Source: a virus. From it: a stretch of DNA of 64,000 bases. The DNA lies in IMG/VR virus record IMGVR_UViG_3300025435_000016, positions 12,416 through 76,415 of that record. One strand, written 5' to 3'. Both the position numbers and the translations under genes were made by a program. Of the stretch, positions 26,668-35,025 are shown one piece after another. Each line of letters begins with the position of its first letter. The stretch's first letter is position 1. The notes beneath the pieces were generated by a model. That model searched no databases. It saw only the letters and a program-made list of their open reading frames with translations, and had not been told where the DNA came from.

Positions 26668-27402
26668 ATGAATTATAATAAAATTTATGATAACATTATT
26701 AGCCGCGCAAAAGAACGCGGTGCAATGAATGCTTATACGGAAAAGCATCATATTATTCCACGTTGCATGGGAGGCAATGATGACAAGATAAACTTAGCTG
26801 TATTGACACCAGAGGAACATTTTGTATGTCACTTGTTATTATTGAAAATGTATCCAGATAATAAAAAGTTAGCGTATGCAATAAGGGTGATGTGTGGTGA
26901 AAGCGCACCCACTAATAAACGTAATAATAAACTCTACGGGTGGCTGAAGCGTAGGATATATAGGAACAAAACAGTAAAAACATGCTCCACATGTGGTAAT
27001 AACTTCTCTATATCATTCTGTTCATTAAAAAAGCAATTTTGTAGTAAGAAGTGCCATGATATTAATCAACGAAAATCGCGTATTAAGAAGATATGTAAAA
27101 CATGTAACATGATTTTTTATGCACCACTTAGTAAGAATCTGAAGCAATTCTGCAGCATAGATTGCTCTGCAAAAGATAGAGAAATAAAAATAATAAAAAC
27201 ATGTTTAGTGTGTAACCGTCAATTTAAAGTGCTACCTTCTATGAGTTTTATTAAATGCTGCAGTAGAGCGTGTGCAGATACAAACAAAATTAAAAAAATT
27301 ATAAAAACATGTCCTCTCTGTAATACACAATTTCAAGTTGTTCCTAGTAAGAAAAAGATATTCTGTAGTAGAAGTTGCTCAAAACGCAAACATATACAAT
27401 AA
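26668..27402 (+). CDS. HNH homing endonuclease with four C-terminal CxxC...CSxxC zinc-ribbon repeats
   Basis: EKHHIIPRCMGG...N...LTPEEHFVCHLLL; oriented opposite to its neighbours. Confidence 0.88.
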   Translation: MNYNKIYDNIISRAKERGAMNAYTEKHHIIPRCMGGNDDKINLAVLTPEEHFVCHLLLLKMYPDNKKLAYAIRVMCGESAPTNKRNNKLYGWLKRRIYRNKTVKTCSTCGNNFSISFCSLKKQFCSKKCHDINQRKSRIKKICKTCNMIFYAPLSKNLKQFCSIDCSAKDREIKIIKTCLVCNRQFKVLPSMSFIKCCSRACADTNKIKKIIKTCPLCNTQFQVVPSKKKIFCSRSCSKRKHIQ

Positions 27403-27404
27403 TC

Positions 27405-27614
27405 CTATTTGTTTTCTGCCTTGCGCTGTGACTTTTTCCACCACTTACACCAGCCATTTTTTGCAATTACACCACTAACAGCTGTACAGTGGCCACCTTT
27501 AATCCACATCGTACACCCATCACACCTTTGACCCTTAACTGTATGTCCAACATAACCTGCTTCAGCTTTAGAATGCTTTGCTTTTGTTTTTTCGAATAAG
27601 AATTTAAAGATCAT
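27405..27614 (-). CDS. HiPIP-like (high-potential 4Fe-4S) protein
   Basis: SKAEAGY...CDGCTMW....CTAVSG.I...GWCKWW has the HiPIP Cys and aromatic spacing. Confidence 0.7.
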   Translation of the reverse strand: MIFKFLFEKTKAKHSKAEAGYVGHTVKGQRCDGCTMWIKGGHCTAVSGVIAKNGWCKWWKKSQRKAENK

Positions 27615-27850
27615 TTTGATGCAACTATTAATGTAAATCTATAGAGAAAATAACCCTTAAAGTGTCTATTAACAAAATCCTTTTTAGCGCTAACTACGAG
27701 CTTATTCTCTACTATAGCAAAACGTTTTGCCTTTTCGTCTAAGTGTTCTTGAGCTTGTTCTGATGTTGCAAAATACCCACACCATTTAATACTATTTCGA
27801 TCAATTGCCGGTGCTGTATTATGAGGAGGATGGGTGTCAAGCAGTGTCAT
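27611..27850 (-). CDS. Hypothetical protein
   Basis: TAAATA upstream; ATGA-coupled to the HiPIP-like gene. Confidence 0.5.
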   Translation of the reverse strand: MTLLDTHPPHNTAPAIDRNSIKWCGYFATSEQAQEHLDEKAKRFAIVENKLVVSAKKDFVNRHFKGYFLYRFTLIVASK

Positions 27851-27882
27851 GGCATTAATTATTTAGTCTGTTTTTATAAAAA

Positions 27883-27969
27883 TGGTGGGCCATCTAGGTA
27901 ACGCTCCTAGCCAGTTCAATGAACATCGGATTTACAGTCCGAGCTATGTCTTTAATAGTATAATGACCC
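27883..27969 (-). tRNA. tRNA-Tyr(GUA) with non-canonical D- and T-loops
   Basis: GGGTCAT/ATGGCCC-ACCA; TCGGA-CTGTAAA-TCCGA; V-arm; T-loop AGCGTTA. Confidence 0.85.
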
Positions 27970-27978
27970 GATTAAATT

Positions 27979-28587
27979 TTATGTCCAGAAATATTGTCTA
28001 CGTTTTACAAATTCAACTAGTACCTCTGTATCTTTATCAGTAATAAGCTGCTCAAGACGGTTTACCTCACCGTAAAGCTCTTCGTAAGATTGACCACGAT
28101 CAGCCATTGTATAGCTCTTAACGGTACCATCTTCATTATATTCATTCGGTTTAAACCATTCATCTATTGGCGGCATTGGAGGGTAAGCGTCATCCATTTC
28201 TTTTTCTAGTTTTGGACGTTCAACTGTTATGTACTGATATGTACTCTCAAGCCATCGAGCAAACTCTACATGATGTTCTCCAGATTGTTCCCAGTCAACA
28301 ACTCCATCAATATATTCCTCTTCATAAAACTTCTTAACAAATTCAAAGTTTACATTTTCAATAAGAGAAGAAACATCAGCCCAAGTTCTAGGAATAACTT
28401 TTCTTAGGCGTTTATTCTGAGGTTTAAAGATCGGACGAATCCGATCATACCAATGATGTCGCCAGCTATAAGGTAATACATCCCAGATATCAAACGCTCC
28501 TAAAAATTTATACCTCCAACGAACCTTACCAATAATAGATAAAGGTTTTAAGGCATGGTTACGTGCTTTAAACGAGTCCGGCGTCAT
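27979..28587 (-). CDS. Hypothetical protein
   Basis: 202-aa ORF ending ...RRQYFWT; promoter TTGACT-16-TATAAT directly upstream. Confidence 0.65.
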   Translation of the reverse strand: MTPDSFKARNHALKPLSIIGKVRWRYKFLGAFDIWDVLPYSWRHHWYDRIRPIFKPQNKRLRKVIPRTWADVSSLIENVNFEFVKKFYEEEYIDGVVDWEQSGEHHVEFARWLESTYQYITVERPKLEKEMDDAYPPMPPIDEWFKPNEYNEDGTVKSYTMADRGQSYEELYGEVNRLEQLITDKDTEVLVEFVKRRQYFWT

Positions 28588-28621
28588 GCTATTATTATAT
28601 AGCTAATGACGCCGGAGTCAA
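28577..28621 (-). promoter_or_regulatory. Promoter embedded in a hairpin that sequesters the start codon
   Basis: TCCGGCGTCAT (28577-28587) / ATGACGCCGGA (28606-28616) plus inner GCTAT/ATAGC. Confidence 0.65.
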
Positions 28622-28640
28622 GCAATACAAGTAATAAAAC

Positions 28641-30458
28641 TTAGGACATTGCTTCCTGTCCAATGATATTTGCACCAGCCGTCAATCCTTGACCAAAGGT
28701 ATTAATGGCGAGTGTGAGAATATCAGGGATATTACCGCGAATAGTGTTGTAGAGCGGGAAGAAGTTTGACAAGTCCTTATCCTGAACGTTGAAACCAGGT
28801 GATACGTAGAAGGAATAAACAATCTCACCGCCAGTAAAGCTTGTAGCTGACTGGTCAACTTCAGCAAATGAGTTATATGAACTTAATGATGCCATTGATC
28901 TCCATTGTGGATTGGTTAGCACAATAGGATTGTAAGGTGTTGAAGCGTAAAACTGAAGTAGAGCTTGTTGATTGGTTGAAAGAAGAAGGTCAAGAGGAAG
29001 AATCTGACCACGATTAATGAGGCCGATCTGATAAGGTACACCGGAGAATGCTGTAATATATGTTACACCGGTTGATGTTACCGCTCCAAAGCTCTGTTGT
29101 GTACTAACGGTAATACCAGAGAGAGGGAGCGGAATTAAACCAGTGCTTGAACCGACACCGTAAGCTGATAGCCCCATTACAACGTCAACAGCAGTAATTG
29201 AACTTGATGTATTAGAGTAGATGCGACCTGTAACACCACTTGGATAACCGACACCTGTTATTGTTGGGAAATAAATTGATAAACCAGATAACGGGGTTGA
29301 TGTTGGCCAGGTATTAGGGGCAAAATTGAGCACAACGGGTGAACCTGTACCATTGAGCGTACTCACACCAGTAATAGCGCTTGAACCGGTATTGTATGTC
29401 AAATTATACGATCCAGGAATTGGTACACCATTAGAAGCATAATTTTGGTATGTATCGACAACACGAGTACCCATGATACGGTTTCTAATAGAAAGAACCG
29501 GTTTAGCGTAATTTGAATTTATTACAGATGGAGCTGATGTACTATAACTATAGGTAAAGCCACGCTGAGGGTCTCTACCGCCTTCGATAATTACCGATAC
29601 ACCGTAGTGATTGAATACCTGTAAAGCATTAGAAGAGTAATTACGTTGTTCATAGCGAACGGGGAGGTTACCAGTTCTTGCCCACGGTACAGCTATAGTA
29701 TTACCTGTTCCATATTCATGGAGAACAAACGCTTCACCGTTAATAAGAATGCCCCAACGTAAGCAACCAGCTCCATACCAGGCATATTCTAACCATAACA
29801 TCTGCACCTGACTCCAATTAAGACTATTCTTAACACCAAAAGGATCTGACCATTGTGAGAAATCAATTCTTGTATCGGTAGGTAATCCATTGACATCGCT
29901 TCTTACGACAACATACATACCGCTTAAATTACCAGTAGCGGTATTTGGTGCACCTTGCTCGAAGAAAATACCATTGGAATCATCAAAGAAACCAACACGT
30001 TGAACTTGACCAGCATTCGGGCCACCAAAATTAACATTGGTAGCCATGTACATGGTCTTACCAGGCTGGTAGCGATGATAAGGACGGGACTGACGAACAG
30101 TTACATCGCCAGGGTTAGAGATAGTCATCTGCACGCCACCTAATTGTGGAATTTGTTTAATTGTACCGCTTCCAGAAGTTACATTCTCCCAGCGAAGAGG
30201 CTGAGCACCATATTCAAAGTCAGCTTCATAGACGTTCTGATGAACGGAAACCTTTAAACGATTAACAACATCCTTTGTCTGCTTGCTAAGGGACATATTT
30301 ACAGACCCATCAGCTTTAACATTTGTTAAATATGTCGCTTGAGCGTAGAGAGGTACCCCTTGATCATTCTGAATATTAACAAATGAATTCGACCACCCTT
30401 GAATTGGTGTCGAAGGAGGTGCTTGAAAGTTAGGAGAAGCTGATAATACGGTCGACAT
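28641..30458 (-). CDS. Putative structural protein, paralog of 4042-6039
   Basis: RQS..Y.RYQPGK...GFFD..NGIFFE...Y.WYGAG motifs; TATAAATA upstream. Confidence 0.65.
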   Translation of the reverse strand: MSTVLSASPNFQAPPSTPIQGWSNSFVNIQNDQGVPLYAQATYLTNVKADGSVNMSLSKQTKDVVNRLKVSVHQNVYEADFEYGAQPLRWENVTSGSGTIKQIPQLGGVQMTISNPGDVTVRQSRPYHRYQPGKTMYMATNVNFGGPNAGQVQRVGFFDDSNGIFFEQGAPNTATGNLSGMYVVVRSDVNGLPTDTRIDFSQWSDPFGVKNSLNWSQVQMLWLEYAWYGAGCLRWGILINGEAFVLHEYGTGNTIAVPWARTGNLPVRYEQRNYSSNALQVFNHYGVSVIIEGGRDPQRGFTYSYSTSAPSVINSNYAKPVLSIRNRIMGTRVVDTYQNYASNGVPIPGSYNLTYNTGSSAITGVSTLNGTGSPVVLNFAPNTWPTSTPLSGLSIYFPTITGVGYPSGVTGRIYSNTSSSITAVDVVMGLSAYGVGSSTGLIPLPLSGITVSTQQSFGAVTSTGVTYITAFSGVPYQIGLINRGQILPLDLLLSTNQQALLQFYASTPYNPIVLTNPQWRSMASLSSYNSFAEVDQSATSFTGGEIVYSFYVSPGFNVQDKDLSNFFPLYNTIRGNIPDILTLAINTFGQGLTAGANIIGQEAMS

Positions 30459-30503
30459 AAATTTTAATTATTTATACGAACCGGTGTATTTTTGCAATAA
30501 CGA

Positions 30504-30629
30504 CTAGTACTTTTTAGTTAACTTACCCTTGACTTTTATAAATCCATCAACCTTACTTGTTGTTTTTGGGTAGTTCTCTTTATACTTTTTGAAATCTGTT
30601 GGACGTTGTTTTGGACCTTTACCTGCCAT
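30504..30629 (-). CDS. Small basic protein (41 aa), not in the ORF track
   Basis: MAGKGPKQRPTDFKKYKENY..., coupled to the ATPase gene stop. Confidence 0.5.
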   Translation of the reverse strand: MAGKGPKQRPTDFKKYKENYPKTTSKVDGFIKVKGKLTKKY

Positions 30630-30630
30630 A

Positions 30631-31539
30631 TTAGTGTTTGGTTATAATTGCTTCTACTTTATTTACCCTCCAACGGCACTTATTTCCACGGAGATTATTT
30701 TTAATTAGTCGACCTTCGGTGGTGAGCTCTCGAAGAAGCCAACCTGCGCGAGAGGCATCAACTTTAAGTTTATCGCAAATATCAGCGATAGAGAACTTAC
30801 CCTCCATGCAAAGAATCTGCTTACGAGCTTCTTCTTTTTTATCAGCTTTCGTATTCCTACCTGAACCTTCAGTAGCCTTTACAGGTGTAAAATCATAGCC
30901 ACGGCTTGTAAACGCACAAGTATAATCAATACCAGGACCGAAGCGATTCTTAACAAAATGAATTCTACGATGACTAGGCTCATCTTCAGCGATTTCAACA
31001 AAGACATTAACATCAACAGCGTACGTCAAAAGGTTTGTACCCTTAATAACGCCACCTTTCGTAAGATGACAGATAATAAGAACAACACACTCTGTCTCTT
31101 TGGCACGGTTAATAAGAGTCTCAATAAACTCCTTCTCTTCCATATTACCCTTATCTACAGCATGAAACGAATCAATGACAATGACATCAACATCGTTCAT
31201 AAAACCGATAATCTTCTTAGCACTGGATTCGTTGCAAATTCCAACATCCTCAATACCGAGACGCTTACACGCAAAAGCAACTTGATGAATAGACTCCTCT
31301 GCCGATACGAATCCAACCCTATGACCGTTCTTAGTCATTCCATTGAGTATCTGAAGAACCATTGTCGATTTACCGACACCAGCTTTCGAAGAAATCGTAG
31401 TAATCGACCCAGGAAGAATTCCTCCTCCGAACATATCGTCAACCTCTGGAATTCCAGATTTAACACGGCGATTGTAAATATCAGGGATCTGAACATCTTT
31501 AACTGCTGTAAACGAGGTACTCTGTAGGTTAATTTTCAT
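30631..31539 (-). CDS. RadA/Sms-like RecA-fold ATPase with a C-terminal HTH
   Basis: AGVGKST Walker A, SAEES, VIDS, HLTKGG.I.G, KNRFG. Confidence 0.85.
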   Translation of the reverse strand: MKINLQSTSFTAVKDVQIPDIYNRRVKSGIPEVDDMFGGGILPGSITTISSKAGVGKSTMVLQILNGMTKNGHRVGFVSAEESIHQVAFACKRLGIEDVGICNESSAKKIIGFMNDVDVIVIDSFHAVDKGNMEEKEFIETLINRAKETECVVLIICHLTKGGVIKGTNLLTYAVDVNVFVEIAEDEPSHRRIHFVKNRFGPGIDYTCAFTSRGYDFTPVKATEGSGRNTKADKKEEARKQILCMEGKFSIADICDKLKVDASRAGWLLRELTTEGRLIKNNLRGNKCRWRVNKVEAIITKH

Positions 31540-31579
31540 ACTATTAGTATATTGGAATTTAAAAGGAACTACAATAATA

Positions 31580-31852
31580 TTATTTGAGTTTTTTGAATTT
31601 TACTTCAGCTTCAGCAAGAGTACGGTGCGTCCATCCAGCAGTACCCCATTGTGAAGTAGAAGGGTAGGCTTCGCCCGGTGGAATCTTTTGTCCTCCGAGT
31701 TCGTAGCCATTGTGACGATTAATTTTAACAACCTCGAACGTCTTCCCTGTTTGACCCTTTTTCGTCTGTTCGTAGATTGCTTTATCACCTACACGCTTAA
31801 TTTGCTTGTAGGTAAATCCTTTCTTATCGAATTGTTTAGGTAGTATCTTCAT
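31580..31852 (-). CDS. Hypothetical protein
   Basis: EAYPSTSQWG..GWT motif; own promoter. Confidence 0.6.
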   Translation of the reverse strand: MKILPKQFDKKGFTYKQIKRVGDKAIYEQTKKGQTGKTFEVVKINRHNGYELGGQKIPPGEAYPSTSQWGTAGWTHRTLAEAEVKFKKLK

Positions 31853-31891
31853 GATTCTTTTATAATAGAGACTTTATAGGGAACTACAAGC

Positions 31892-32194
31892 TTATTTCCC
31901 ATTTATTTCTAAGGCACGTTTAAGAAAATCGCTTCCAAGGGCTATTGTAACACCTGTTGCACCGAGCTCTTTCCGAACATCAGCAACACTCTTTCCTTGC
32001 TTGAGAAGAGTGAGAGCATCTCGACAAATATAATGCTTAAGAAACTCTTCCTTCGATCCAACCTTCTTAGCCTTTTCTTCCAAATATTCACTATTTGTAG
32101 GGCGTTCCTTACCTGTGACAATACAAGTAAGAACATTCGGGTCCTTGGCAATCGCTTTCTTAAAGCGTTTATTAATCTCTTCTGCGTTTAACAT
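31892..32194 (-). CDS. Hypothetical protein, paralog of 33131-33706
   Basis: TCIVTG.ER...HYI...A..LL.Q domain. Confidence 0.6.
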   Translation of the reverse strand: MLNAEEINKRFKKAIAKDPNVLTCIVTGKERPTNSEYLEEKAKKVGSKEEFLKHYICRDALTLLKQGKSVADVRKELGATGVTIALGSDFLKRALEINGK

Positions 32195-32242
32195 TCTTTT
32201 ATAGTAAAAAATAGTTTAGGAATATGCAATATAAAAAGTTGC

Positions 32243-32280
32243 AAAAAAAGGACCGGCTCCTAAATCATAGCAGCCGGTCC
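32243..32280 (-). terminator. Intrinsic terminator
   Basis: GGACCGGCT/AGCCGGTCC followed by T7. Confidence 0.85.
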
Positions 32281-32299
32281 CTCTCATTGTTAGTTAAGA

Positions 32300-32494
32300 T
32301 TAAGCAACGGTAATTGCGTTAGTCTTGATAGCACGGGTAATGTCGCGAGCGTCAACGCGCTGGATAGAGCGCTTGAACTGATTGGTGCGGTTAAGCACCT
32401 TCGCACGCTTAACGGTAAAGCTACCGTCGCGGTTACGTTCCATTGTTACAAAGAATGTCTTCGGACGAAGATTCTTATTTGTGTAGTCGATCAT
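32300..32494 (-). CDS. Small basic protein with a perfect Shine-Dalgarno
   Basis: AAGGAGGTGA at 32512-32503; terminator downstream. Confidence 0.7.
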   Translation of the reverse strand: MIDYTNKNLRPKTFFVTMERNRDGSFTVKRAKVLNRTNQFKRSIQRVDARDITRAIKTNAITVA

Positions 32495-32555
32495 TTTTTA
32501 TTTCACCTCCTTTTTGTTTTCTCAATATTGGATACTAATTTTTAGTAATCCACTA

Positions 32556-32753
32556 TTAAATTTTAAAATTTTCTGGAAGAGCGATCTCCTCAGGTTGCGG
32601 GAGAAGAAAACTATCCGTCTTTGCTTTTCTACTAGTGCTCTTACGCTTGTAGCCAATAAGATAGTGCTTTCCGTTTTGTTCACTCTTAATAACAGGTACC
32701 AATCTTCCCTGTTTAACGAGTTTTTCAATATTACTTGGTGTCATCTTTCCCAT
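32556..32753 (-). CDS. Hypothetical protein
   Basis: 65-aa ORF with AAGGA upstream. Confidence 0.5.
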   Translation of the reverse strand: MGKMTPSNIEKLVKQGRLVPVIKSEQNGKHYLIGYKRKSTSRKAKTDSFLLPQPEEIALPENFKI

Positions 32754-32789
32754 ATGATTCCTTAATGGTATATTGTTTGAAAATATAAA

Positions 32790-33056
32790 TCAAGCAGTTT
32801 TTGGATATACATCCGAATTTTCTGCAATCTTTACACCTTCGTAAGGAGCAACAACACGACGATAGAATTCAATCTTACAACACTCTAAAGCTCCTACAAT
32901 TTCATTGAGCGTATTATAGCAAAGCTTATGATCATCAATGTATTGTTGACAAACTTTGGTGATAAAATAATTCAGTTCACCAGGGTTTTCAAGATTTGGA
33001 AGAGCAGTAAGTGCTTTATTAAACCTTGTTCGATCTTGTTTCTTAATGTAAGGCAT
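32790..33056 (-). CDS. Conserved phage hypothetical protein
   Basis: MPYI...GELNY...YN....IVGALEC.K.EFYRR...PYE..KI.EN.DVY motif recognised from phage proteins. Confidence 0.7.
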   Translation of the reverse strand: MPYIKKQDRTRFNKALTALPNLENPGELNYFITKVCQQYIDDHKLCYNTLNEIVGALECCKIEFYRRVVAPYEGVKIAENSDVYPKTA

Positions 33057-33130
33057 AAAAACGATACTAGTTTAAACTTTTTTTAAAATCAAGCTTGAAA
33101 TTCCTTTTTAGCATACATAATATACATCCA

Positions 33131-33706
33131 ATGAAACATGCCAAGGTAAAGAAACTTCCAAAGCAAACTAAAAAACTATCTTCAAAAAGAATTGAGGTGG
33201 TTGATGAAAGTATTGTAAAGAGTAAGATTATGACCTGTATTGTTACAGGTCTTGAACGACGTGTCTCAAAGGCAGGTATTGCCAAGGGTAATAAAAAGTT
33301 TGGAGGACCTGTTCCTTTCGCTGATCACTATATTAGTAATGAGGCGAAAAGACTTCTTAGACAAAGAATTTCACCAGAAGAAGTACAAAAACAACTTCGC
33401 CCAGCTAATAAAAAACCGTTCTCTATTGATCATCAAGTCTTAGCTCGCTTAAAACTTCTCAAGAAGCCTAAAAATTCAAAAAGAGTTACTGAGGAGGAAG
33501 CAAGAGAGATTGCTGTAAAATGGGTACCGAAAGAGGCACGTTTTTACTCGAATATAAAGGAATATGTTATGGATAACACAAAAAACGGCTCCTGCATTGC
33601 TCCTCAACTTTATTTGGATTCTGATAGGGTATGCGATCACTGTAAGTACACTGAGCATTGTCTGTCAACAGTTAAGACTTTTTCTAAGAGATATAAAGCA
33701 GCTTAG
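33131..33706 (+). CDS. Hypothetical protein with a TCIVTG domain and C-terminal Cys cluster
   Basis: Likely ATG at 33131; C..P.LYL....CDHC.Y...C. Confidence 0.6.
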   Translation: MKHAKVKKLPKQTKKLSSKRIEVVDESIVKSKIMTCIVTGLERRVSKAGIAKGNKKFGGPVPFADHYISNEAKRLLRQRISPEEVQKQLRPANKKPFSIDHQVLARLKLLKKPKNSKRVTEEEAREIAVKWVPKEARFYSNIKEYVMDNTKNGSCIAPQLYLDSDRVCDHCKYTEHCLSTVKTFSKRYKAA

Positions 33707-34830
33707 TATCCGTCGTATGTTTTAGAGTATTTTACTCTACGTAATAAATCATCTTCTTTCTTTATTAGAGGAACAGGTACTCTCTTTTCATATCGAATAG
33801 TATAAGTGATAATAATATCACCGATTTCCATGAGGAATGCTAAGAGAAAACAAACAAGAGCAGTTATATCCGCTTGTGTTAGTGCTGTAAAGGATACTTT
33901 AATAATATTATCTGTACCTAGAATTTTAACTGGTTCAAATTTTGTATTAAGATTTGATGCAATTGAAGAAATAAGACTATTTGCATCAATTACGGAGAGC
34001 TCAAGATCTTTAAAGCTTGTTACCTGGTTAATTGATTTCTTACATGCAACAATCTTACTACCGAGTAATTTATTTGAGTTCTCTAGAGCTTGAAGCTGTT
34101 CTTGAATCTGTTGATCTATAGCATCGTTTTGTTTTTTGATTTCCGTCTTTGTACCTTGAAGCTCTATATCAATTTGTGCTTGAAGTTTTCTAGCTGTAGC
34201 TTGTAGCTCTTTAGCTCTCGGTCCATCGCCTGCCTTGCCCTTGACTCCTTGCTTTTCGTCAAGGACCTCTTGGTTTGCATCTTCCACCTGTTGCTTAAGC
34301 GCTGTGGATTTAGATAACAGGTTCTTTTCTATCTCTATTTTTTTGTCTCTCCCATTATTATTAATATCGAGTTCCTGCTGTTGAATAGCTTTCTTACTCT
34401 CAGCTTCAAAATAGGATAAAGTTTCTGTTATTTTTTCTTTACTAGTTTTTAAGCTATCCTGAACTCCGGTTTCAGAGTAAAGACCGGCAAAATCAAAAAT
34501 CGTCGGTAAAAGACTAAGAAAGAGACAGAGTATAGCTGCTTTGAAGGGAAATTCCTTTCTACCGAAGAGAATAATTTTTACACAATAGGGTAATCCCACA
34601 ACAGCAATACTAGCTAATGCAATTAAGAACCAATTCCACGAAATGAGAATTACATTTAATGCATGAAAAGCAAAACAATACGCTACAAAAATTATAAACC
34701 AGTATACTATATCAATAGCGGTAGAGGCTATTTGATTATTTGTTGTGAACCCAAAGATCGTATGATACTGAGATAAAACAGTATTCTCTGTAACAGCTTC
34801 ACGTTGAAATAGTTTTTTCAAAAATTCCAC
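33703..34830 (-). CDS. Multi-TM membrane protein with a long coiled coil (DUF4407-like architecture)
   Basis: Three N-terminal TMs, coiled coil with G..G.GP.A, C-terminal TM; GTG 5 nt after TAAATA. Confidence 0.65.
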   Translation of the reverse strand: MEFLKKLFQREAVTENTVLSQYHTIFGFTTNNQIASTAIDIVYWFIIFVAYCFAFHALNVILISWNWFLIALASIAVVGLPYCVKIILFGRKEFPFKAAILCLFLSLLPTIFDFAGLYSETGVQDSLKTSKEKITETLSYFEAESKKAIQQQELDINNNGRDKKIEIEKNLLSKSTALKQQVEDANQEVLDEKQGVKGKAGDGPRAKELQATARKLQAQIDIELQGTKTEIKKQNDAIDQQIQEQLQALENSNKLLGSKIVACKKSINQVTSFKDLELSVIDANSLISSIASNLNTKFEPVKILGTDNIIKVSFTALTQADITALVCFLLAFLMEIGDIIITYTIRYEKRVPVPLIKKEDDLLRRVKYSKTYDGY

Positions 34831-35025
34831 ATCATTATTTAATCGAAGTTAAAAAATAACGTACGTCTTCTCTAAGAATCTCGATCTGTTCATGAAACAT
34901 ATGATCAAGAATTAAAAGGATAATTCTCATATTTGTGCCGCGAGGACACGTATATATTTATTCCTTACCTATTAAGTATTCTAGCCCTCACTATTTTAGA
35001 GATTTACCCATAAATAATTCTAACC

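Noticed and set aside
30638-31527. Plus-strand ORFs of 86 and 189 aa and other short antisense ORFs across the window
   Set aside because: Shadow frames of well-supported genes on the opposite strand or frame.
34836-34960. Possible 31-aa ORF or small RNA after a minus-strand TAAATA
   Set aside because: Only weak hairpins and no distinguishing coding features; cannot be supported.
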